Shown in pieces: positions 13,074 through 20,869 of a DNA stretch of 64,000 nucleotides. The stretch is from Terriglobia bacterium (GTDB lineage Bacteria > Acidobacteriota > Terriglobia > 20CM-2-55-15), in contig CBDAOY010000009.1 in assembly GCA_965198225.1 (NCBI GenBank), positions 288,001 to 352,000 on the forward strand. Reading direction: 5' to 3'. Below the pieces are notes generated by a model. It did not search any database. It had not been told where the DNA came from and was given only the letters and a program-made list of their open reading frames with translations. The translations under genes and the position numbers were made by a program. Numbering within the stretch: position 1 is the first letter of the stretch; every line of letters begins with the position of its first letter.

Positions 13074-13160
13074 GGAGAGGTGCTGGAGTGGTCGAACAGG
13101 GCTGCCTGCTAAGCAGTTGCACGGGTAACTGTGCCGGGGGTTCGAATCCCCCCCTCTCCG
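13074..13160 (+). tRNA. tRNA-Ser (anticodon GCT)
   Basis: GGAGAGG/CCTCTCC acceptor stem, CTGCC-TGCTAA-GCAG anticodon arm, long variable arm, GGGGTTCGAATCCCC T arm; CCA not encoded. Confidence 0.93.
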
Positions 13161-13303
13161 CTTTCCATATTTGAAGTCGAGGTCGAAACGGGAGAAGATA
13201 CGCCGGCAGTCGGCGGCCGAGCCTCTCGACTTCGTTCCTTTTCTAGCGCTTTCGGTGGTAGGCACGGTCCATCATCCAAAACCGCTTGGTTGCCGAAGCC
13301 CCT

Positions 13304-13410
13304 GGAGATGGGAGTCCATCGGTGCTGGAGTGGTCGAAGACGGCGTCGAGGCTGCCTGCTAAGCAGTTGCACGGGTAACTGTGCCGGGGGTTCGAATCCC
13401 CCCCTCTCCG
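13304..13410 (+). pseudogene. Degenerate tandem copy of tRNA-Ser(GCT) with insertions in the 5' half
   Basis: 3' part identical to the first copy at 250 bp offset; 12-nt insert in the acceptor stem and an altered, longer D region. Confidence 0.7.
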
Positions 13411-13857
13411 CTTTCCATATTAGTGTTAACACTAGTTGATAATTCGGGCTGATATTGTCTGTGCGGCTCTATATCCCACATTTAATGCCCTTTACTGCTG
13501 CGCTGGATGGGGCGTTGCCGACGGTATCAAATGTTATCTTTCAGCTTCAACACGCGTGAAGGCCGCACGAAGCTAGTACCGAATCCCTCTTCGGCAAAGC
13601 CAATTGTGAGGTTCCTAGTTTCCAGCCGTCTGGCCCAGAACGAGCTTGACACGACTTTCCAGCTCCGCGTTCCACGTCATGATGAACCATCATGCTGCTT
13701 GTTTCTCTGGCGAAGTGTGGGCGGTTTCTTGGATCAAAAGGCTATGGTACTATCGCCCAAAGTATCAGACACACCGGCAGGACGCCCCTAATATTACCAG
13801 TCGCAAAGGGCACTTTTGCGGGTGCCCGGGCAGTGCCCGGAGAGGAGAATTCACACC

Positions 13858-14322
13858 ATGGCCTTTGAGATCGACTTCAACAATGAATCATCAATCGAAT
13901 GGACGAAGGCGTACTCCACACACAAATCGAAATCGGACCCGAAGTCCCTACCGACCACCACATTGGGGGCGAACGGCGGTTCCACGACGTACGCCATCAA
14001 CCGGACTGCTACGACTTTCCTCAAGAGCGAAGAGATGCTAATGGAGTGTATCTGGATAGACCCCAAATCAGGGGCGAGGTTCGGTGTTAAGGCGACGTTT
14101 CCGGGACATACAGGCGATATCGGCGCGGAGCCGTACTGGGATGTCATGTCCGACGTGGTGTCCCCGGACGATCCTGCTCACCCCGCGGACTGGAAATCTA
14201 ACGGATCCGATCCAGCGTCGCCGTACCAATGGGACGATGTCGCGGGATGCCCGATTTTGGCCACGGCCACCGCTGGTCACACTTCGCTTACTGTCAGCGT
14301 CGTGATCCAATACAACTCGTGA
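13858..14322 (+). CDS. Island cargo hypothetical protein, 154 aa, predicted all-beta
   Basis: Strong RBS (GGAGAGGAG) before ATG 13858; Thr/Ser/Trp-rich beta pattern. Confidence 0.75.
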   Translation: MAFEIDFNNESSIEWTKAYSTHKSKSDPKSLPTTTLGANGGSTTYAINRTATTFLKSEEMLMECIWIDPKSGARFGVKATFPGHTGDIGAEPYWDVMSDVVSPDDPAHPADWKSNGSDPASPYQWDDVAGCPILATATAGHTSLTVSVVIQYNS

Positions 14323-14377
14323 AGGTCGGATCTTCCCATCGGCAAAGGGCGGATACCAAGACAAGGAGAAGAAAAAG

Positions 14378-14722
14378 ATGCCTATGCTTATGATCAGATC
14401 CGCGGGCGAGGGAGTATATCAAGCTCTCCTCTCGAATACCGGCCGTCCGCCCGTGACGCTGCCGGGCGGAGGCGACGCACCGCAGGCCCTCGCCAACGCA
14501 ATGCGGGCCGGATGGTCGACCACCGTCGATTACTGGACGGAAGGTGCCGCTGCAGGTGCCTCTGAGGGTGACGCCTTCGCCACAGCAGCTGCGGAGGTGG
14601 AGCCGTTTTTCACGGCGGATGCTCTGTTCTATGGGGATGCGACCGTGTTCGAAGCCGCGGATTCCGAAGTGCTCTTGGACGCGCTTGCAGATGCTGGCGA
14701 GGCGCTTCTCACCGCATTGTAA
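14378..14722 (+). CDS. Island cargo hypothetical protein, 114 aa, Ala-rich and acidic
   Basis: AAGGAG RBS; co-oriented 55 nt after the previous ORF; followed by a terminator. Confidence 0.72.
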   Translation: MPMLMIRSAGEGVYQALLSNTGRPPVTLPGGGDAPQALANAMRAGWSTTVDYWTEGAAAGASEGDAFATAAAEVEPFFTADALFYGDATVFEAADSEVLLDALADAGEALLTAL

Positions 14723-14829
14723 CTGGCTAGCGCAGGATTCTCAGAGCGCAAAGGTGGACTGATTGGGGTGGGGGCCAGCGCGCGGTAGACAGGTCGGGCT
14801 CAGTTGTTACGCGCGTAACGAGAAAAGTT

Positions 14830-14864
14830 TCCCGCCGGCCTTCACACACTGGCGGGATTTTTTT
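14830..14864 (+). terminator. Rho-independent terminator
   Basis: TCCCGCCGG-loop-CTGGCGGGA followed by T7. Confidence 0.75.
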
Positions 14865-15126
14865 GTCACTGCCTCGCTTCAACTTGGCCGAAATCGGCCC
14901 CCACTTTGAATGGTTTTGCTCCGGGATCACGTCCTTATTAGGTGAAGCAGCAATTACTTGCTGTGGTTCCATCCACCACGAAGGCCCGCGTAGACTTGGC
15001 GTTCTCCCGTCTGGGCGGGCCGTGGAGTTCCCCGGTTAGTCATCACCCACTCGAAGCTCTTTCTCGGCTTCCATCATTCGCGCGACTTCCTTCTGTGGTT
15101 CTGTAATCACCTTTTTTGGCCCAAGG

Positions 15127-15264
15127 CTAGGGCTGTGGGTTCACGGTAACGGTGGCCCTGGCGGTTGTGACCCCACCGGGCCCGGTGGCAGTCGCCGTAT
15201 ACGTCACCGTCTGCTGTTCGTTCGCAGACGGTACGGTTACCAACAGTGAGCCGGCGAGGCCCAC
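15127..15264 (-). pseudogene. Fragment of an Ig/PKD-like beta-sandwich domain
   Basis: Translates VGLAGSLLVTVPSANEQQTVTYTATATGPGGVTTARATVTVNPQP*. Confidence 0.45.
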
Positions 15265-15335
15265 GGGTCGATCTCCCGAGTTTTCCCAACCTTCGATGGG
15301 TCGGGGCTTCGATAGGTCGGATCGTCACGATTCGG

Positions 15336-15521
15336 TTAATTCCCCCTCCATGATCGATCTTCTTCCTCAGCAGCCCGAAACTTGAAGTCCCAGATCATAC
15401 GGCGCTCGCGCTCCGCAAGCTGTACCGCAATGACACACTCCGATTCGCAGTCCGTAATCTTCATGCTGCCGTCTTCCCAGATGGAAATGCTAATCGACTC
15501 GTCGCGGTTGCTGCTTTTCAT
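15336..15521 (-). CDS. Small island hypothetical protein
   Basis: ATGA-coupled to the upstream ORF. Confidence 0.5.
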   Translation of the reverse strand: MKSSNRDESISISIWEDGSMKITDCESECVIAVQLAERERRMIWDFKFRAAEEEDRSWRGN

Positions 15522-15727
15522 CGAAACAGAAATCCCGTTGATGCTACACAGGTGGGTCCGGACGCTTTTGGTCCGGACCCGTGGCTGTGGTTGTTCCCAG
15601 AGTTGTGAACCCAGGGAAACTTGGCGATTCCACCGAACTCGCGCATCTCGCTCTCGTCAAGCCGCTTAGCTATACACAAGTGGGTATAGGTGTGGGTATA
15701 GGTACTGGTAGTGGTATAGGTCGTCAT
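15518..15727 (-). CDS. Small island ORF starting with hexamer repeats (MTTYTTTSTYTHTYTH)
   Basis: ATGA overlaps at both ends. Confidence 0.4.
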   Translation of the reverse strand: MTTYTTTSTYTHTYTHLCIAKRLDESEMREFGGIAKFPWVHNSGNNHSHGSGPKASGPTCVASTGFLFR

Positions 15728-16164
15728 CCCGTCAGCTTCTCCAGTAGAACCGCGACCACAGAATACGAAGCTGGCGCGGTTCCCGACTGCCGGAGACGGC
15801 ACCGAAAGGCTTTGCGAAGAAACATGGATTTGGTGATCTTTTCTCCACGCCGAAGCTTTCGGCCGAGCGACACGGACGCCGCTTTGAAAACGTTCGCGCT
15901 GGCTGGTATGTACGGCCAGTCCCGTTTGATGCGCAGAAACATTTGAACGATCTGTCCAGCGTGCTCTTCAGGCGCATAAACTTGGAACGACAGGACCAGC
16001 TTGCGGCGGCACCACGGTCGGTAAAACGTGTCCTCGATGCGTACACACACGGCCTCAACGGTCTCGCAGAGAATCGACGGCGGTACGTCACCGACGGTGC
16101 CGATAACGTCATCCTGCTGTACCTGGCTGGATGTATAAAAGCGGCGCTCAGTGGTCCGGCTCAT
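15724..16164 (-). CDS. Island hypothetical protein, basic, possibly OB-fold ssDNA-binding
   Basis: TAATG coupling with alpA; 146 aa, Arg/Lys-rich with a beta pattern. Confidence 0.6.
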   Translation of the reverse strand: MSRTTERRFYTSSQVQQDDVIGTVGDVPPSILCETVEAVCVRIEDTFYRPWCRRKLVLSFQVYAPEEHAGQIVQMFLRIKRDWPYIPASANVFKAASVSLGRKLRRGEKITKSMFLRKAFRCRLRQSGTAPASYSVVAVLLEKLTG

Positions 16165-16346
16165 TAGAATAAGGCCCGGATATCCTGCACTCTCCAACCG
16201 ACCGCACGGGGGCCGAGTCGAACGGGCTTCGGGTATCGGCCTTCTTTCACGCCGCTCCACCAAGTGGACTTGGAAACGGGGAACACAGTAAGGACCACCG
16301 GAAGCTTGACGATCCCCTCGGCGGGGAGGTCTCCTGTGCCCTGCAT
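16164..16346 (-). CDS. alpA: AlpA family regulator / recombination directionality factor
   Basis: VSKSTWWSGVKEGRYPKPVRLGPRAVGWRVQDI signature. Confidence 0.9.
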   Translation of the reverse strand: MQGTGDLPAEGIVKLPVVLTVFPVSKSTWWSGVKEGRYPKPVRLGPRAVGWRVQDIRALF

Positions 16347-16477
16347 TGAAACGTCGCCCCTTCCCCTTTTGGATTCCTTCACAATCAGACAACCTCCTTC
16401 GGCTCACGCCGGATTTCGTCGGACGATTTAAGAATCGCAAGAATGAAGGTGTCGGAGGAAGAGGGGGAAACACGGTG

Positions 16478-17212
16478 TCAGTTTCCCCCAGGGGGGCGTT
16501 TGGTGGAAAGACAGGGAATGTTATCGCTCAGTACGCGCCGCACTTCTTTGATGGCTTCCCGCACCGTGCGGCGATCGTCACAATTCTCACAGGTCTTCGG
16601 ATTGTGGCGATACTGGTGGTACTCCGCTGCAATCGACCGTTTCGAGTCCGAAGGAATCTTGATTGTGTTGCGGTAGAACCACTCGACGTTCCTCCGAAGC
16701 TTTTCCTGGTTGGGGGCCTGATGCTCCTTCTCGCCTTTGGCCATGACCTCGGTGGGTTCCAGCTGATACACGGTCTGAAGTTCAGCGCCAGTTTCGCCAG
16801 CAGCCGCCCGAAAACAGAAGGACTGCAGCAGATCATCACTCAACCAGGGCCAGGATAGCCCCAGGTCACTCTTTACAAAATGCCGTACCTGCTCGAAGGG
16901 GTCGGGGTCGAAGCCGACTATCAGGGTCTTGGTCACGCTCCTTAGCCTGACACCGATTCTGGAGTCGCGATCGAGGTCGCTGAAGAACGAGCGGACGCGG
17001 GGGTCTGTATCAATGAGCTCCATCAGGGCGACGCGACAGATGGCGTGACGCTGCCAGTCGGACCGCTCAACAAGCTGCGGGGCATCCGGCTGAATGACGC
17101 GGACAAGTCCGGTAAAGACAAGTCCAGTAATGGCACGGTCGACCAGCGGATAGCTCAGCACGCACGGGAACGGGTATGAAAAGGGGTTCGATTTCCGAAG
17201 TACTTCTTTCAT
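16478..17212 (-). CDS. Integrase-coupled hypothetical protein with a possible C-terminal HTH and CxxC
   Basis: ATGA overlap with the integrase stop; 244 aa; SKRSIAAEY...CENC...RRTVREAIK. Confidence 0.65.
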   Translation of the reverse strand: MKEVLRKSNPFSYPFPCVLSYPLVDRAITGLVFTGLVRVIQPDAPQLVERSDWQRHAICRVALMELIDTDPRVRSFFSDLDRDSRIGVRLRSVTKTLIVGFDPDPFEQVRHFVKSDLGLSWPWLSDDLLQSFCFRAAAGETGAELQTVYQLEPTEVMAKGEKEHQAPNQEKLRRNVEWFYRNTIKIPSDSKRSIAAEYHQYRHNPKTCENCDDRRTVREAIKEVRRVLSDNIPCLSTKRPPGGN

Positions 17213-18417
17213 GCCCTGATCTGAACAACCTCGGCCCGCTTGGCCGTCACGAACCCCGCCCACGTATCCATCAATTCCCTCCGGCGGTCGAAGAGAGTAG
17301 TCCTCCGATAGGCTGCTTCGACTTTGTCAGAGAGCACGTGCGCCAACGCCGCTTCACATACTTCCCTGGGAAAGTTCGTCCGCTCTGCCGCCCAATCACG
17401 GAACGACGACCGAAAACCGTGGGGGGTGCAATCAGTCCACTCCATCCTGCGAAGGGTCATATGAAACGCCATGTTGGATAGCGAACGCTCGGGAGATCGG
17501 CCGGGAAACACGAACGGTCCACCGTCTGCTACTGACTTCACTTCTCCGAGGATCTGGATGCACCGTGCCGACAACGGGACCCGATGGTCACGCTTCGCCT
17601 TCATGCGATCTGCGGGAACGGTCCATGTTTTGGACTTGAGGTCGATCTCGGTCCAACGTGCCTTGAGAACTTCGCTGGTCCGGGTTGCCGTCAAGATCAT
17701 CAGCTCGAACGCGAGCTTCACAGGAATTCCGGTGCCAGTCTTGCGCAGAGCATCAATGAACCGCGGGACCTCGGCGTACGGCAAGGCGGCAAAGTGTCCT
17801 CGAGTCGCCGGCTGTTTCGGGAGCACCCGCTTGAGACCATCCACTGGATTGTCCCCGGACCGGAACCCCGAAGCTTTCGCCCAATCGAATACAGCCCGGA
17901 TCCGCTGACGTACCCGCCGAGCGGTTTCGGGCTTCTTGAGCCAAAAAGGTTCCAGCGCCCTCAACACGTCAGGCGTCTCGACGCGGTCGACTCGCTGATT
18001 GCCGAAGACGGTAAATACGTAGGTTTCGAGCGTGTTGATCCACTGAGCGCGGTGTTTCGTGTTTCTGAAGGACGGCGACAGGCTCGCGTGTACTTTCTTG
18101 GCGGCTTCTTCGAACGTCGGCACGACCCGCTGTTCCCTGCGACGCTCGGCTAGCGGATCACCGTTCGATCGGGCAATCTTACGCATCCGCGCAGCCTCTT
18201 CTCGAGCGACTGCCAGAGACACGATCGAGAGCCCACCCAGCCCAATATCACGGCGCTTTCCGCGAACGACGGTACGAAGTACCCATCGCTTGGAACCGGA
18301 ATCCTCGACAATGAGATACAATCCATTGCCGTCAGCGTAGCGACCGGGTTCGGTAACTGTCCGGACACGGATTGCGGAGAGAGCTTTCTCCAGATGCTTT
18401 CCTTTGCATTTTGGCAT
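17209..18417 (-). CDS. P4-like tyrosine integrase with arm DNA-binding domain
   Basis: YADGNGLYL arm domain; catalytic R (TATRTSE), K, HGFR, LAH, AY. Confidence 0.95.
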   Translation of the reverse strand: MPKCKGKHLEKALSAIRVRTVTEPGRYADGNGLYLIVEDSGSKRWVLRTVVRGKRRDIGLGGLSIVSLAVAREEAARMRKIARSNGDPLAERRREQRVVPTFEEAAKKVHASLSPSFRNTKHRAQWINTLETYVFTVFGNQRVDRVETPDVLRALEPFWLKKPETARRVRQRIRAVFDWAKASGFRSGDNPVDGLKRVLPKQPATRGHFAALPYAEVPRFIDALRKTGTGIPVKLAFELMILTATRTSEVLKARWTEIDLKSKTWTVPADRMKAKRDHRVPLSARCIQILGEVKSVADGGPFVFPGRSPERSLSNMAFHMTLRRMEWTDCTPHGFRSSFRDWAAERTNFPREVCEAALAHVLSDKVEAAYRRTTLFDRRRELMDTWAGFVTAKRAEVVQIRA

Positions 18418-18421
18418 GACA

Positions 18422-18546
18422 ACCCACATTCTGTCCCACATTTTTTGTGGGATGTAGCTACATTCTACTGGACAGTATCGGACAAGACAGGGCCACGGAG
18501 ACCAATAAAAATAGGGGTTTTCGGACTTCTTTGGACGTTGTCGGAT
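18422..18546. promoter_or_regulatory. Integrase arm-type sites and 10-bp-phased putative RDF sites
   Basis: CCCACATT x2 plus inverted TGTGGGA (another copy at 13474-13483); GGAC/GGAT at 18470, 18480, 18523, 18533, 18543. Confidence 0.55.
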
Positions 18547-18547
18547 T

Positions 18548-18580
18548 CAGGGAAGGCGGAGCCCCCCTCCGCTTTTCCTG
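18548..18580. repeat. attR-like tRNA 3' remnant inside a hairpin
   Basis: CAGGGAAGGCGGAG-CCCCC-CTCCGCTTTTCCTG; compare tRNA end CCCCCCCTCTCCGCTTTCC. Confidence 0.65.
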
Positions 18581-19104
18581 CCGTCAAACGATATGACGAA
18601 GAGGGTTAGTTGTGGCAATGACTAGCTAGGACGGTAGAAGAGGGTGACCACAGCATAGTTGTGGCAATGACCGGGTTTCTTCTGCCGCGCAGACTCCTAG
18701 CTAGCCCTTCACACCACAATCCCACCCGGAACCTGTCTCTTTCAAAGGAGTGCTCCAGCTTGCAAAGCAGGGCAAGAGAAACCGGGTGACTGACGGAATC
18801 AGCTAGAAACTACTCAAAAATCTATCGAATCGTCTGGCTATCGGGAAGAACGATCGTCTGGCTGCCCGGGACTGACAGGGTGATCGATGGGAAGAACGAA
18901 CAAGCATCGGCCGGGCTTTCGACGCCACCGCCCTCGACAACCGACGAAGCCTGGGCACAACGCCGCGGCAGATGTGCCGGATCCTCCAACGTAGACTTCT
19001 GCGACTTTTAATTTCGGACCTGTGTGTCGGACATGTTATTCAATCAACCGGCTTGAGAAATGTGTCACGACATGTGACCCGACGGCGATTCCCGTGAAGG
19101 AGGC

Positions 19105-19725
19105 ATGATGTCCACGCAGCGCACTGGCAGATTGATGGCGATGGCTTTCACTATAACGATGTTCGCTTTGAGCGGGACTCTGGTCAGCCCGCTCGACGCT
19201 TCGGCAAAAGAGAAATCATCGAAAAAGTCGGAGAAGTCCGGCAAGTCCCGGAAGCATGACGGGGGACCACCCGCGACCACACCGATTACTGCCTTCAACG
19301 TTCAGGCAAGCGATAACGTTCTAGTCGATGAAAGTTTCTTTGATGCGAGCGGAAACCTGATCCGTCTGCAAACATTTCGAGTCTTCGTGAGCGTTTCAGA
19401 CCCAACGACAGGAGATCCAATAACTAGTGTGGCACAGGTGGTGACCAACCAGCCCATGAGCCGGCAGGCATGTGGCTTTCCGACGCCGCCGGGCACCGCG
19501 GACCCGGGTCTCTTCCTGCCGCTTGACCTGGACACTGACTTTCAGAACCTGGGCGATGGCCTCTATTCCGTCGCCTTAAGGCCCAGCCAGGGATGTGTTG
19601 CAAACGGCCAGGTGGTCGCACAAATAGTCTTTCGGGACGGAATCCGACAGGGAAACATCGTGCCTGTTGGAACCGTGATCGGGCCGTTTTGCCTCAACTT
19701 ACAGACCGGTTCGCCTTGTCAGTGA
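19105..19725 (+). CDS. Hypothetical secreted protein
   Basis: AAGGAGG RBS; signal peptide ending ASA; Lys/Ser linker; beta-rich domain with 4 Cys. Confidence 0.75.
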   Translation: MMSTQRTGRLMAMAFTITMFALSGTLVSPLDASAKEKSSKKSEKSGKSRKHDGGPPATTPITAFNVQASDNVLVDESFFDASGNLIRLQTFRVFVSVSDPTTGDPITSVAQVVTNQPMSRQACGFPTPPGTADPGLFLPLDLDTDFQNLGDGLYSVALRPSQGCVANGQVVAQIVFRDGIRQGNIVPVGTVIGPFCLNLQTGSPCQ

Positions 19726-19998
19726 CGAACGAGGATTGTTTCGCAGTCTATCCCCGATCATGACTGCGGTTCCGGTGAGTGAGGGCACACGATCGCGCGC
19801 GCCACAACGTGGCCCGAGATCGCACAAAAATGAGATTACCGTCCCAAGGAACTGAATAAAGACATCGGGAAGGACCGGTCACCTCGCGGCAAGTAGCCAC
19901 CCCAAGCAGCTTTCGGATTAGTCTTCACGGCAGTTCCGCGTTACGATTCGGCAGAGAGGAGGTCCAGATCGGGAATTCCGGTTTGGTAAAACACATAT

Positions 19999-20814
19999 AT
20001 GGAAGTTGCCATCGTAGGACCGGGAACCATGGGCTTGATGATCGGCCAGCGGGCCGTGGCTTGCGGGCTTTCTCCGCCTGAACATATCCGTTTGAGTCGT
20101 GTCCGCCGCGGGCGGCGTGAGGTCGTCGAGGCGGCTTTGCCGGGTTCCCAGATACTCAGCGACAACGCCACGGCTGTGGCAGACGCCGAACTGATCGTGC
20201 TTGCCGTGAAACCGAAGTCGTTTGGCGCCGTTGCCGACGAGATACGGGACCACCTGCGCGAGGATGCGCTCGTGGTGTCGGTAGTAACCGGCGTGAACCT
20301 CGAACGGCTGGAGGACCGGCTTGGCGTGAAGAACGTCGTCAGAACCAGCACGAACATTGGGATCGAAAGCGGCGTCGCGACCACGTACTGGATCACCGGA
20401 CCGGATGTCTCTCCGGCTTTTCGCGAGCGCGCCATCGAGATCGTTCGTTCGTGGGGGGATGAGGTCGAGTGCAGCGACGAAGCGCTGCTCGACATCGCAA
20501 TCGTCGGAGTCGGATGCGGCCCGGCACTGGTCATCGAGTTCATCCAGGCGCTAACCCGGGCCATGGTGACTCAGGGTATGCCGCACGATCTGGCCGAGCG
20601 GGGAATCTTGTCCCTGCTTCGCGGCACGCTCGCTTTGCGGTCGGCCGCGGCAGACCGTGCGCTGTCGCAGTTTCAGCAGGAAGTCATCACCCCGGGAGGC
20701 ATCACGGCCGAGGCCCTGCTTGCGATGGAAGAAGGCAAGTTTCGCGCAACGGTGATCAACGCCTTTCGCAAGGCCCATGACAAGGTATCGCGCCTGGCTC
20801 CGCCCGCCGGCTGA
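19999..20814 (+). CDS. proC: Pyrroline-5-carboxylate reductase
   Basis: GPGTMG, LAVKP, GCGPA and VITPGGITA motifs. Confidence 0.85.
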   Translation: MEVAIVGPGTMGLMIGQRAVACGLSPPEHIRLSRVRRGRREVVEAALPGSQILSDNATAVADAELIVLAVKPKSFGAVADEIRDHLREDALVVSVVTGVNLERLEDRLGVKNVVRTSTNIGIESGVATTYWITGPDVSPAFRERAIEIVRSWGDEVECSDEALLDIAIVGVGCGPALVIEFIQALTRAMVTQGMPHDLAERGILSLLRGTLALRSAAADRALSQFQQEVITPGGITAEALLAMEEGKFRATVINAFRKAHDKVSRLAPPAG

Positions 20815-20869
20815 AGCGGGTCGCCCTCAGATCGACCCGACTCGAGCCCGCTGACTTGAAGGGGACACT

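Larger units (their letters stand above)
13411..18578. mobile_element. tRNA-Ser-integrated genomic island (P4-type integrase, satellite-like, probably defective)
   Basis: Integrase plus AlpA; att-like copy of the tRNA 3' end at 18562-18578; CCCACATT arm-type repeats near both ends. Confidence 0.8.

Noticed and set aside
13074-13160. tRNA-Sec or suppressor tRNA
   Set aside because: Anticodon GCT with a 7-bp acceptor stem; a long variable arm is normal for Ser
13507-13791. 94-aa ORF at the island's left end
   Set aside because: No RBS or recognisable protein pattern; probably the promoter region of the cargo operon
18598-18900. CRISPR array
   Set aside because: Only pairs of 9-16-nt repeats with irregular spacing, and no cas genes
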